Source of the DNA: Candidatus Aminicenantia bacterium
Lineage (GTDB): Bacteria > Acidobacteriota > Aminicenantia > UBA2199
Length of the DNA stretch: 64,000 bases
NCBI GenBank assembly: GCA_965225955.1
Contig: CBDDBX010000015.1
Location: 32,923-96,922 of the forward strand
Direction: 5' to 3'
A model generated the notes under the pieces. It made no database searches and had not been told where the DNA came from. It worked only from the letters and a program-made list of their open reading frames with translations. Of this stretch, positions 18,305 through 27,616 are shown piece by piece. The position numbers and the translations under genes were made by a program. The stretch's first letter is position 1. Each line of letters starts with the position of its first letter.

Positions 18305-18334
18305 GCAGCTTCTGTCACTCTGATCGGAAGCTGC
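18305..18334 (+). terminator. Intrinsic terminator after the graspetide precursor gene
   Basis: GCAGCTTC / GAAGCTGC 8-bp stem lies 30 nt after the stop, followed by TTTCTCC...ATTTTTTTT. Confidence 0.65.
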
Positions 18335-18493
18335 TTTCTCCACTGAAATTTTTTTTGTAACCCTTTTTTGTAAAGGGAGTAGTCTGATTAATATCGGGCA
18401 GTTGTTGTAATGCCTGATGTAAAGACTGATAATTGAATTAAGGAGGCAGTTTGCCAATGGCTTGCGGAAACATCGCTAGGGCTGAGACAGATC

Positions 18494-19117
18494 ATGAGTA
18501 GCGATGTAAATGACAACAACTACCAGGTAGAGCTTGTTAAGAGGGCATGTAAAGGAGATAGTGGAGCCTTTCATGAGATTGTTGGTCTCTACAGGAAAAA
18601 AGTTTACTTCATTGCCTATGATATCTGTGGTGACAGACATGAGGCGGAAGATATTGCACAGGAGGTATTTATTAAAGTGTTCAGATTCATAGATAAGTTC
18701 AGATTTGATGCGAAGTTCAGTTCATGGATACATCAGATTGCAGTAAATACCTCTCTTGATGTCGTAAGAAAACAGAAAAACCGAAGCGATTATATAGATG
18801 ATACAGAACTTGAGAAGCGTGATTCAGATTCAGCTATAGGGAGCGGGGAGATAAAATCCCCGGAAAAAGCCACTATTGAAGAGGTGTTGCACAACAGAGT
18901 CAGAGGGGTTCTTGGGGAGCTTTCCCGACAGGAACATTCAGCTTTTGTGATGAGGTACTATAACGGACTGAAACACCAGGAAATAGCTGAAGTAATGTCT
19001 CTTTCTGTTAATACGGTGAAAACAATGCTTTTCAGAGGTAAGAAGAAGTTACAGAAGAAGCTGGCACCTCTGACAGAGGAGTATAAGTTCTGTAAACAGG
19101 AGATGTTTAATGATTAG
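18494..19117 (+). CDS. ECF-type RNA polymerase sigma-70 family factor
   Basis: 207 aa. Region 2 (EDIAQEVFIKVFRFIDKFRFDAKFSSWIHQIAVNTSLD) and region 4 HTH (YNGLKHQEIAEVMSLSVNTVKTMLFRGKKKL). Confidence 0.9.
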   Translation: MSSDVNDNNYQVELVKRACKGDSGAFHEIVGLYRKKVYFIAYDICGDRHEAEDIAQEVFIKVFRFIDKFRFDAKFSSWIHQIAVNTSLDVVRKQKNRSDYIDDTELEKRDSDSAIGSGEIKSPEKATIEEVLHNRVRGVLGELSRQEHSAFVMRYYNGLKHQEIAEVMSLSVNTVKTMLFRGKKKLQKKLAPLTEEYKFCKQEMFND

Positions 19118-19919
19118 TTGCAGGGATTGTGAGATGCTGTTTGATGAGTATTCAGCAGAAGAGCTTTCTGATAGTGAGATGGCTTCTGTGAGCAAACATC
19201 TTGAGAGTTGCCCAAATTGCAGCAGAAACTTTAGTGAGCAGGAAGTTATTACAAAACCCCATAAAAGAGTGGAACCTTCTGAGGATTTCTGGGAAGGCTT
19301 CACTGACAGGCTTCACTCCAGAATGGTTGAAGAGGGGGTTGTTGAGGAATCCGGAACAACTACTGAGAAGAAGAGAAAATCTTTTGAGATTTTTACTCTT
19401 TCATGGTTGAAGCAGAGTATTGCAGCAGCAGCCGTTCTGGTAATAGGGATATTTATAGGAAGTATATTCTTTTCTCAAAGTGGAGAGCTGGGAGAGGATT
19501 CACGAAACAGTGGACTAATGATTGCTTCAGATGATAAATCCGAGGGGGCACTTCTGACAAGAGCTTCACATTTTATCAACCGCTCCAGAGTTATTCTGCT
19601 TGCTATAGATAATTTTGACCCTGAAACAGAAGAGGCGGGTGTTATGGATTTTGCTTATCAGAAGAGTGTAACCAGTGATCTTGTTAAAGAGGCAGCACTT
19701 CTTAAAGAGGGGTTGGGGGAATCCAGACAGAGAAGACTTAAAGAACTTATCAGTGATCTGGAAGTTATTCTTCTTCAACTGGCAAATTACGATAAAGGTA
19801 TGGAAGTAGAGACAATTAAGATGGTAAAGGATAACCGCTATATAAACGGTGTGCTCTACCGTATACGAGTTAATGATCTTCGAAGAGAAACAAATAAAAG
19901 ACGGGTTGAAAGTTATTAA
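19110..19919 (+). CDS. Anti-sigma factor (zf-HC2 type, single TM)
   Basis: Overlaps the sigma-factor gene by 8 nt. N-terminal CRDCE...H-x3-C-x2-C (KHLESCPNC). Central TM AAAAVLVIGIFIGSIFF. Confidence 0.75.
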   Translation: MISCRDCEMLFDEYSAEELSDSEMASVSKHLESCPNCSRNFSEQEVITKPHKRVEPSEDFWEGFTDRLHSRMVEEGVVEESGTTTEKKRKSFEIFTLSWLKQSIAAAAVLVIGIFIGSIFFSQSGELGEDSRNSGLMIASDDKSEGALLTRASHFINRSRVILLAIDNFDPETEEAGVMDFAYQKSVTSDLVKEAALLKEGLGESRQRRLKELISDLEVILLQLANYDKGMEVETIKMVKDNRYINGVLYRIRVNDLRRETNKRRVESY

Positions 19920-19941
19920 TAACCCGAAATGGGAGGAAAGT

Positions 19942-21252
19942 ATGAAAGTTAATAGAAGAGCCGGAGTAATGGCTGCGTTAATGTTTGTGTGTATGCTGAT
20001 ACTGCCTTCTCTGTCTGTGATGGCTGAGAATGAGTACAAGAAGAAAGATATTAAAGCCTTCAGAAATGCCTATAATCTTATACTTAAAGAGAACTGGAAA
20101 AAGGCTTCAGAAGAGTTCAACAGCTTTATAAAGCTTTATCCGGAGAGTCACTATGTGGATGATGCCCTTTTCTGGCACTGTTACTGCAGGGAAAAAACCG
20201 GGCAGGACCTGGAGAAGGTTTTCAGTTGTTATACAGAGTTTATTAAGAAGTATAAAAGAAGCAAGTGGAGTGATGATGCAAGATCCAACATTATCAGAAT
20301 CGGTCATATTCTGGCAAAAAAAGGTAAGAAAGAGTACATAACAGTTATCAAAGCTTATGAAGAGAGCCAGAATGCAGATGTGAAACTTGCAGCTCTTCAG
20401 GCACTTGAAGATATCGGTGATGAGAGATCACTGAAAACAATAATTGATATGTACGACTCATCTGCTGACCCTAAATTAAAAAGAAGGGTTATAAATATTC
20501 TGGAAGATTTCAATAATCCTGTGGCTTTCAGTAAAATAAAGCAGATTGCTCTGACAGAAAAGAATGAGAGGCTCAGAAGAAGAGCGATTGATACTCTTTC
20601 AGACATAAATCGTCCGGGAACAGTAAAAGTGCTTATGCAGATAGTAAAGAGTAATGCGACTTCTGTTATCAAAAGAGCAGCTCTTGAAGCAATGGAAGAT
20701 GTTAGAAGTGAAGGTTCAAAACACTCTAAAGAGGCTCTTGATGCTCTTGTTGAAATTGTAAAAACTTCTAAAGATCTAAAACTGAGAAAGAGTGCAATCA
20801 ATTCCATAGAGGATTTCGAAACTCCTGAAGCGGAAAATGTACTTTACGATATGGCTCTCAATATTGAAGATGCTGATATTGCCTGTAAAGCTGTGGAAGC
20901 TCTTAGTGACAGACTTAAGAAAAGTAATCCTGAAAAGCTTCTGGAAGTTTATCGTAAAAACAGAAGAGTGAAGGTAAGAAAAGAGGTAATTGATAATATT
21001 GAAGATCTTAAAAGTTATAAAGGAATTCCTCTTCTTATGAAGCTGGCAGAAACAGAAACAAATCCTGAACTGCTATGCGATATCATTAACGGTCTTGAGG
21101 ATTATAATAGAGACGAACCTGTAGCAATGCTTCTGAAGTTTGCAATGGAATCAAAGAGTATGAAGGTAAGAAAAGCTGCAATAGATGCTCTTGAAGAGAT
21201 AGGTTCTGCCAAAGCAAGAGAAGCTCTGAGTAAAATTCTTGGAGCAAACTGA
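19942..21252 (+). CDS. Secreted TPR plus HEAT-repeat protein
   Basis: I moved the start to 19942 (MKVNRRAGVMAALMFVCMLILPSLSVMA; SD GGGAGG). There are many HEAT/PBS-lyase-like repeats, e.g. VKLAALQALEDIGDERSL and LRRRAIDTLSDINRPGTV. Confidence 0.8.
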   Translation: MKVNRRAGVMAALMFVCMLILPSLSVMAENEYKKKDIKAFRNAYNLILKENWKKASEEFNSFIKLYPESHYVDDALFWHCYCREKTGQDLEKVFSCYTEFIKKYKRSKWSDDARSNIIRIGHILAKKGKKEYITVIKAYEESQNADVKLAALQALEDIGDERSLKTIIDMYDSSADPKLKRRVINILEDFNNPVAFSKIKQIALTEKNERLRRRAIDTLSDINRPGTVKVLMQIVKSNATSVIKRAALEAMEDVRSEGSKHSKEALDALVEIVKTSKDLKLRKSAINSIEDFETPEAENVLYDMALNIEDADIACKAVEALSDRLKKSNPEKLLEVYRKNRRVKVRKEVIDNIEDLKSYKGIPLLMKLAETETNPELLCDIINGLEDYNRDEPVAMLLKFAMESKSMKVRKAAIDALEEIGSAKAREALSKILGAN

Positions 21253-21340
21253 GAAAAAAGATAATCGTTATCTGAAAAGATATTCCAGCGGATTGATTCA
21301 AATCCGCTGAACCATTTAATAAACATACTGGAGAAAGATA

Positions 21341-22531
21341 GTGGAACTTTATAAAAAAATATTAGTAGTGCATCTTATTATTCTGTTGTTCTGTGTATCC
21401 GCTGAAGCCGGGGCAGATAAGCTGATAAACAGAGCCGGTGATTCAGGTACTCCTGCATCAAAATGGCAGAAAGCTTTTAAAGACGGAATGGGAAGTAAGA
21501 GGAGTTTCTGGATAGCATGGAGCGTTGACCGGATGATGGGAGAAAATACATGGTTTCTGGGTAGTGACAGGTTCTGTGGCTGCATAACTACCTGTAATTT
21601 CGACTCAACATTTGTGAATATGAAAGGAGAAGCTCTTGGAAAGATTGTTTATGGTAGTAGTTATAAAGTAAAAACTCCTGTGAGAAAAAGTAACAGAGAA
21701 CAGATCAGGGAAGCAGCAGAAGAAGCTATAGCCAATATTGACGGGAAAAGAAAAGGGCGGAAGATAAAGAGAGTATCAAAAGAGGTGGCAGTACTTTTCC
21801 TTTTTGAACCAGAGAAAGGCAGATACCCGGTGAGAATAGTTCATAGTAATATGTCCATGCCTTTTAATAGTGGCGGAAACCGTATCTACTGGCTTGGTAA
21901 AACAGATGAGAAGATAAGTTTTACCTTTATGAAAAATCTTTTTCTCAAAGAGAAGAATGAGAAGGTGGCTAAACGCTATATTTCAGCTCTGGGTTATCAC
22001 TCAAACAGTAGTGATGTTATTCAGTTCATGAGTTCTGTTCTCAGAGGTAATTACAGTGATAATATACGGAAACGGACAGCAGGGGAGCTGGGTGATCAGA
22101 ATAGTCCTGTTGCAGCAGAAGCTCTGCTGAAGACTGCAATGCAGGATTTCTCCCTTGATGTCAGAAGAGCTGCTGTAAACGGACTTGAAGATATTGAGCT
22201 TCCTGTAGCAGTTAATGCTCTTATTAAGATTGCTGATAGTGCCAATAATATCTATATAAGGCTGAAAGCGATTAATGTACTTGGTGATGTTGGAACACCT
22301 GAAGCTGCCCGGGCTCTTAAGAGAATTGCATGGGAGGATAAGACTTTGAGAATACAGTGTAAAGCGGTTGATGCTTTTGAAGACCTTGATAATAACAGAG
22401 GGGTTCCTTACCTGGCAGAAATAGCAAAATCCCATCCTGTTTCAAAAGTCAGAAAGAGAGCTCTGGATACTCTGAGTGATATAGATGATCCAAGAGCTTT
22501 TGAAACAATCAGAAGTATTGTGAAACAGTAG
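21341..22531 (+). CDS. Secreted protein with C-terminal HEAT repeats
   Basis: GTG start and a signal-like N-terminus (LVVHLIILLFCVSAEAGA). C-terminal repeats: VRRAAVNGLEDIELPVAV, IRLKAINVLGDVGTPEAA, VRKRALDTLSDIDDPRAF. Confidence 0.75.
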   Translation: MELYKKILVVHLIILLFCVSAEAGADKLINRAGDSGTPASKWQKAFKDGMGSKRSFWIAWSVDRMMGENTWFLGSDRFCGCITTCNFDSTFVNMKGEALGKIVYGSSYKVKTPVRKSNREQIREAAEEAIANIDGKRKGRKIKRVSKEVAVLFLFEPEKGRYPVRIVHSNMSMPFNSGGNRIYWLGKTDEKISFTFMKNLFLKEKNEKVAKRYISALGYHSNSSDVIQFMSSVLRGNYSDNIRKRTAGELGDQNSPVAAEALLKTAMQDFSLDVRRAAVNGLEDIELPVAVNALIKIADSANNIYIRLKAINVLGDVGTPEAARALKRIAWEDKTLRIQCKAVDAFEDLDNNRGVPYLAEIAKSHPVSKVRKRALDTLSDIDDPRAFETIRSIVKQ

Positions 22532-22781
22532 GATAAGACAGATAGAGGCAGTCTGTGCCGGCTGCCTCAAAACTCATATAATCTTTCTGAACCGCGAATG
22601 CACGCGAATAAAAAACAAAAAATGTTGAAAAAAACATAAAGATTTTTGTTGCAGTTGTTTAAATGTACCCTAAGTTAAGGTGGTTTGGAGATAACCCCGT
22701 TACCCTGTGTTATATTTTCAGAATCATGCTTCTCTTACCGTTTTTTGGTGCAGAAAAAGTTTAAACTATCGTAATTTATAT

Positions 22782-22797
22782 TGTCCGGGTGCGGACA
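22782..22797. promoter_or_regulatory. TGT-N10-ACA palindrome, candidate enhancer-binding-protein site
   Basis: TGTCCGGGTGCGGACA (6-bp arms) lies about 60 nt upstream of the sigma-54 -24 element. Confidence 0.35.
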
Positions 22798-22858
22798 TCA
22801 ACGTCGCATGGTGAACGGCAGATTTTATCCGGGGCCTCTAAAAATCAATGTTTTGGAT

Positions 22859-22874
22859 TGGCACGCCTATTGCA
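22859..22874 (+). promoter_or_regulatory. Sigma-54 (-24/-12) promoter
   Basis: TGGCACGCCTATTGCA matches TGGCACG-N4-TTGCW at every specified position. It ends 36 nt upstream of the ATG at 22911. Confidence 0.65.
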
Positions 22875-22910
22875 TACTCTCTGATATGATAAAATAACCG
22901 GAGAAGTAAT

Positions 22911-25292
22911 ATGATAAGCAGCTACTTTAAAACAGGTTTTCGTAATCTTAAGAGAGAGAGACTCTCATCTGTTATCAACATAATCGGCTTAACTGCAGGT
23001 ATTTTTACCACAATGCTGATTGCTACATATATCTATGCTGAGTTAAACTACGACTCATTTCATAAGAAGTCTGACCGTATAGTCAGGATCATTACCATAT
23101 CAGAGAATCCTGAAAACCGGGGTGCAAGAACAGCCATGAGTATGGTTCCTCTTGTTCATGAATATGGGAAGATTGATGGAGTTGAAACGCCAACCAGAAT
23201 ATTTAAGGGATGGCGGGGAATGTCCGCAAGGTACAAAGGGAAGGTCTTTGAGAACAATCCAATTCTGTATACAGATAATAATTTTTTCAGGCTATTTGAT
23301 TTTAAACTTCTTGACGGGAGTTTCAAAGATGCCCTTAAAGACCCCTATACAGTAGTTATTAACAGATCTTCAGCAATTAAGTTTTTTGGAACTATTAATG
23401 CCGCAGGTGAAAATATTCAGCTGGAGATGATGGAAGAAAGAGATAAATACTCATCTTTCAGAATTGCGGCAGTTATTGAGGATACTCCTTACAACTCCCA
23501 TTTCAGTTACAGTGTTTTTATGCCTTTTGCCAATCTTAAATGGCTACAAAAGCAGAAGAGTAATGAGGTATATAACTATTTTGCAATAAAAGAGGGATAT
23601 AGAAGAGATGTTGTGCTGGCTCAGGTTAAAGAGGTGTGTGACAGGATTTATAAACCAAGAGAGAAGTATGGATATCACGGAGTTGTGAGGTTTCAGAACC
23701 TCAAAGATATAAGATTATATTCATCTGATATGGGTTATGATTTCAAAGTACAGGGTAATATTCTCAGAGTGTATGTTTTCTCTGCTTTTCCTTTTATTCT
23801 TCTTTTTATTGCAGGGCTTAATTTTATAAATATTCTCAATGCAAGATTACAGAATCGTTTCAAAGAGATGGGGCTGCGAAAGGTTCTGGGAGCAGGAAAA
23901 AGAGCGATTCTGTATCAGCTACTGGGGGAATCTCTTGCCACGGTTTTTATAACAGGAATAGTAAGTATTGTGCTGTATTTCAGTTTTCTGAACGGGTTTG
24001 GTGAACTTGTTGAGATGGAACTCGCTAAATTTGAAGAGAACTGGATGCTGATCTCTCTTATTACCCTTGCAGTATCTATGCTTATTGGAGTAATTGCCTC
24101 ACTACTTCCAGGGGCACTTATGGCCCGGACCAGAACCCTTACGCTATTTGAAGGTCCCGGGATAGGAAGAAAAAAGAACTATCTCGTTAATTTTACAGTG
24201 CTGGTACAGTTTGCTGTTGTAGTTGTGATGATAATATCGACTCTTGTTATCTATAACCAGCTGAATTTTATGAAGGATATAGATCCGGGCTTTAATAGAG
24301 AGCAGGTGCTGAATTTTCAGGTAGCTGATGCCGCCACCCGTGGAGTTCTGAAAAACAGATTAATGAATCACCCGGAGTTTATCAGTATTGCAGGTTCTGA
24401 GAGTATCCCGGGGCAGAGAAGAAGCGGGCAGTTACTGACAAATTTCGGAGGCAGAACTCTGAATGACAGATATAATATGTATGAGAACAGAGTTGAGTCG
24501 GGATATATAAAAACATACGGACTGGAGCTGATTGCCGGCAGGGATTTTATTGAAAACAGTGAAAGTGATCGTAGTAGTATTATTGTCAATGAAGAAGTAT
24601 TGAAGAAAGCCGGGGTAGATGCAGAAGAGGCTATTGGTAAAAAGTTGAACTATTTTAACAGGGATTTCACTGTAATAGGGGTTGTGAAAAATTATCACTT
24701 CTTCTCACTAAAGAGGAAAATTGATCCTCTTGTACTTAGTAACTACAGAACAGGATTCCATACAATATCTGTGAGATTTAAAGCAGGTAAGGTAAAAGAA
24801 GTGCTTGACCTTATTAAAAAAGAGATGAAACAGCTGGAACCTGAAACTGCTGTTAGTCCGGTTTTTGTGGATGAGATTTTCAGGAAAATGTATCGTAAAG
24901 AGGATATATTTAATCAGATAGTTTTTTATGGAGCTGTTATTGTGATACTACTTGCAATTGGAGGGCTCTTTGCTCTTACATATTTTGCTGTTGTTAAGAA
25001 GACTAAAGAGATAGGCATAAGAAAAGTACTGGGGGCTACAACATCTGTAATCAATTTTCAATTAATAAGAGAGTTCATAAAATGGATAGGCTTTGCAAAC
25101 TTCATTGCTCTGCCTGCAGGGTATCTGATAATGAGAGGATGGCTGAACAATTTTGCATATAAAATTGATCTGAATCCCATCTATTTCATCTCTTCTACAC
25201 TTATCAGTATTCTTCTGGCTCTTGGAACGATTATCTATCTTACTACCAGGGCTGCAAGCAGACAACCTGCAGAAAACATAAGATACGAATAG
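22911..25292 (+). CDS. FtsX/MacB-type ABC transporter permease (two FtsX modules)
   Basis: 793 aa. N-terminal TM, large periplasmic domains and two 4-TM FtsX modules with GLRKVLGAGK / GIRKVLGATT motifs. There is no adjacent ATPase gene. Confidence 0.88.
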   Translation: MISSYFKTGFRNLKRERLSSVINIIGLTAGIFTTMLIATYIYAELNYDSFHKKSDRIVRIITISENPENRGARTAMSMVPLVHEYGKIDGVETPTRIFKGWRGMSARYKGKVFENNPILYTDNNFFRLFDFKLLDGSFKDALKDPYTVVINRSSAIKFFGTINAAGENIQLEMMEERDKYSSFRIAAVIEDTPYNSHFSYSVFMPFANLKWLQKQKSNEVYNYFAIKEGYRRDVVLAQVKEVCDRIYKPREKYGYHGVVRFQNLKDIRLYSSDMGYDFKVQGNILRVYVFSAFPFILLFIAGLNFINILNARLQNRFKEMGLRKVLGAGKRAILYQLLGESLATVFITGIVSIVLYFSFLNGFGELVEMELAKFEENWMLISLITLAVSMLIGVIASLLPGALMARTRTLTLFEGPGIGRKKNYLVNFTVLVQFAVVVVMIISTLVIYNQLNFMKDIDPGFNREQVLNFQVADAATRGVLKNRLMNHPEFISIAGSESIPGQRRSGQLLTNFGGRTLNDRYNMYENRVESGYIKTYGLELIAGRDFIENSESDRSSIIVNEEVLKKAGVDAEEAIGKKLNYFNRDFTVIGVVKNYHFFSLKRKIDPLVLSNYRTGFHTISVRFKAGKVKEVLDLIKKEMKQLEPETAVSPVFVDEIFRKMYRKEDIFNQIVFYGAVIVILLAIGGLFALTYFAVVKKTKEIGIRKVLGATTSVINFQLIREFIKWIGFANFIALPAGYLIMRGWLNNFAYKIDLNPIYFISSTLISILLALGTIIYLTTRAASRQPAENIRYE

Positions 25293-25325
25293 TTTGTTAA
25301 GCTACTTATAATTATCGTTATAAGT

Positions 25326-25351
25326 GCGTAAAGCCTTCACAGGCTTTACGC
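25326..25351. terminator. Hairpin between convergent genes (permease / phosphoesterase)
   Basis: GCGTAAAGCC-TTCACA-GGCTTTACGC, a 10-bp perfect stem. Neither side has a clear U-tract. Confidence 0.5.
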
Positions 25352-25371
25352 ATTAGCTATATGATGTTTCT

Positions 25372-26574
25372 TTAAAAATCTTTTATAAAGTTATCAAGAT
25401 TGGCGTCATATTTCTGTCTCTCAGGATTTGGTTTTATTTCACCCTTTACTATAGAACAGCCGTTACAGAATCTTATAAGTCCGTCTTTTTTCATCTTTCC
25501 AAGACATTTTTCAACAATCAGAACCGGAGTTTTGCGCTTCATGTCTATATCAACTGTAAAATAGTTTGCTCTTCTGGGGCGTTTGGTTTTATCTATTCCA
25601 AGAGCAGCCCAGAACAGCTCTTTAACTGGTTTGTAAGGAGCCGGATATGGAGTATATTTCTGCTTTGCCGGAGCACCACCACCACCTGCAACAATGACTT
25701 TAACTGCATTGTAGTTGTAGATTTCGGTTGTATGGTTATGTCCGTTGAAAACATACATGTCCAGCTGAGCATACTCTTTTTTCAGGTTACTTAAAACAAC
25801 TGCCGGATCGTTGACTGAATCCAGAGGTGGATGTTTGTAGTAAGAGAAACTTGGCTTATGATACTGTACAAATACATTGCCTCTCTTCTTCTCTTTTGCA
25901 AAGGAACTGATGATTTTTACCATTGCTTTTTTAACCTGAGGAAAATTCGCGACAGTACAGGTCCACTCTTTGTCCCATTTATAAGCATTTTCTTTAGAGT
26001 AGTTCTTACCATATTTTCCTGTACAGAGATTAATAAAAAGGTTATCTCCAATCATAAACCAGTAGTTGTGCAGAACCTTACCATCTCTGGTTTTTAAGTG
26101 GGGGAAGGCGTTACCGAAATTCCTGAGACCTTCGCCCTCTTTATTCACATCCCACAGTTCATGGTTCCCCATTATAGGATAGATTTTTTTCATTGTGTAT
26201 GGAGTCAGAACAGATTCTGCTTCTTTCCAGTAGCTGTTATCTCCTCCTCTCCAGATCATGTCACCTGTAAAGAGAGTAAAACTGGCATCTTTCTTCTTCA
26301 GAGTAGCTGTTACAGCGTTAAACACTCTGTTTCTGATATTTTTATATGCCTTATTATCAGGTTGCATCAGATCTTCTGTTGAGCTTGTCCGGGTGTCCCC
26401 AAAAAGAATGAAGGAAAATTTCCCTGAATCTGTAACAACCGGAGCTTCTATCCGGGTTATTACTGTGTCTGAATCTTCAGAACCGCTCCATGCTGTAAAA
26501 CTTAAGCTTAAAATAAGTAGTAAAATTAAAAGGTAGTTTCTTCTCATTACTTCCTCCTGTTTTGTATTAACCAA
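25372..26574 (-). CDS. Secreted calcineurin-like metallophosphoesterase
   Basis: Signal peptide. Motifs FILFGDTR, FTGDMIWRGG, GNHE, GHNHT. Confidence 0.85.
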   Translation of the reverse strand: MVNTKQEEVMRRNYLLILLLILSLSFTAWSGSEDSDTVITRIEAPVVTDSGKFSFILFGDTRTSSTEDLMQPDNKAYKNIRNRVFNAVTATLKKKDASFTLFTGDMIWRGGDNSYWKEAESVLTPYTMKKIYPIMGNHELWDVNKEGEGLRNFGNAFPHLKTRDGKVLHNYWFMIGDNLFINLCTGKYGKNYSKENAYKWDKEWTCTVANFPQVKKAMVKIISSFAKEKKRGNVFVQYHKPSFSYYKHPPLDSVNDPAVVLSNLKKEYAQLDMYVFNGHNHTTEIYNYNAVKVIVAGGGGAPAKQKYTPYPAPYKPVKELFWAALGIDKTKRPRRANYFTVDIDMKRKTPVLIVEKCLGKMKKDGLIRFCNGCSIVKGEIKPNPERQKYDANLDNFIKDF

Positions 26575-26663
26575 GTATTGTTCAGAGGTGACAATAATTC
26601 AAGTATGAAGTTTATTTTTTACCTGTATATATCTATAATCATAATATCAGAGGAGGTAAGCTG

Positions 26664-27029
26664 ATGAGTTATGAGTGGCTTGAGGAATACTGTTGTGCTA
26701 AAGCCGGAGTAGTTAAAGATTATAAAGTTGAATGGGAAGTTTTCAGATATATGGTCGGGGGGAAAATGTTTGTTATGCAGGGGCATAATAAGGAAAAGCG
26801 TCCTATTATATCTCTCAAATGCGAACCCCTTCTGGCAAAATCACTGAGAGATGAACATGAGGATATTATACCGGGATATTATCTAAATAAAGAGCACTGG
26901 AACTCTATCTATGAAGATGGTGATGTTTCTGATGAACTTATGAAAAGAATGGTGGATATGTCTTATGAACTTGTTTTTAAGACTTTGACATTGAAGATGA
27001 GAAAGGAGATTGAAGGTGATCAGAACTGA
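26664..27029 (+). CDS. MmcQ/YjbR-family protein
   Basis: 121 aa. The pattern ...YMVGGKMFVM...LKCEP...IIPGYYLNKEHWNSI is typical of the YjbR fold family. Confidence 0.8.
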   Translation: MSYEWLEEYCCAKAGVVKDYKVEWEVFRYMVGGKMFVMQGHNKEKRPIISLKCEPLLAKSLRDEHEDIIPGYYLNKEHWNSIYEDGDVSDELMKRMVDMSYELVFKTLTLKMRKEIEGDQN

Positions 27030-27516
27030 AAGACTTGTACTTAAGCCGTTGAGAACTGAGGATGCTGAAGCACTGTTTTTTTACAGATCAGATAAAATTG
27101 TTAACAGATATCAGAGCTGGATACCTGAAACTGTTTCTGATGCAGAGGAGTTTATAGGTAAAATTGCTCAAAAACCTGATACTCCCGGTACATGGTACCA
27201 GTTAGGGCTTTTTGAAAAACAGACGGATAAACTGGTAGGGGATGTGGGAATACATTTCCTGAATGAAAGATCCGGCGCTGTTGAACTGGGGGTAACTCTT
27301 GCAGCAGAATGTCAGGGTGATGGTTATGCTTCTGAAGCAATGAGTGCTGTAATAGATTATCTGATTGACGAGCTGGGTAAAGTGAGGCTTTATGCCTATA
27401 TCCTCAAAGATAATATCAATTCAACAAGGTTATTCCGTAAACTTGGTTTTAAGCAGATACCTGATGAAGATGGTTATACTGTATGGCTAATGGAAGCAGA
27501 GGGTAGAAAGGGGTGA
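27016..27516 (+). CDS. GNAT-family N-acetyltransferase (RimJ/RimL-like)
   Basis: IRTERLVLKPLRTEDAEALF N-terminus and a GNAT core (GVTLAAECQGDGYASEAM). I prefer the GTG at 27016 because AAAGGAG lies 7 nt upstream. The ORF track starts at a TTG at 27010. Confidence 0.85.
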   Translation: MIRTERLVLKPLRTEDAEALFFYRSDKIVNRYQSWIPETVSDAEEFIGKIAQKPDTPGTWYQLGLFEKQTDKLVGDVGIHFLNERSGAVELGVTLAAECQGDGYASEAMSAVIDYLIDELGKVRLYAYILKDNINSTRLFRKLGFKQIPDEDGYTVWLMEAEGRKG

Positions 27517-27616
27517 TTTCTGAAATCTGAAGATATCTGATGATAGCTTTCTTTTTCTGACTATTGTATTTAGTAGGCAAATTCAATTTATAAATATGCA
27601 GTTGTCAGGAGGCATT

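Noticed and set aside
18380-18493. An ECF-type autoregulated promoter (GGAAC ... CGT) upstream of the sigma-factor gene
   Set aside because: Only a loose GGAAAC lies about 20 nt from the start codon, with no convincing -10 element at the right spacing. This is too weak to report.
22545-22568. Hairpin GAGGCAG-(10 nt)-CTGCCTC after the second HEAT-repeat gene, as an intrinsic terminator
   Set aside because: The stem is only 7 bp and is followed by AAAACTC rather than a T-run. It may still aid termination, but I cannot support the call.
27016-27516. The GNAT acetyltransferase as the missing MdnD-like N-acetyltransferase of the graspetide pathway
   Set aside because: It lies about 9 kb from the cluster, in a separate transcription unit coupled to a YjbR-family gene, and resembles generic RimJ/RimL-type enzymes. 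There is no positional support.
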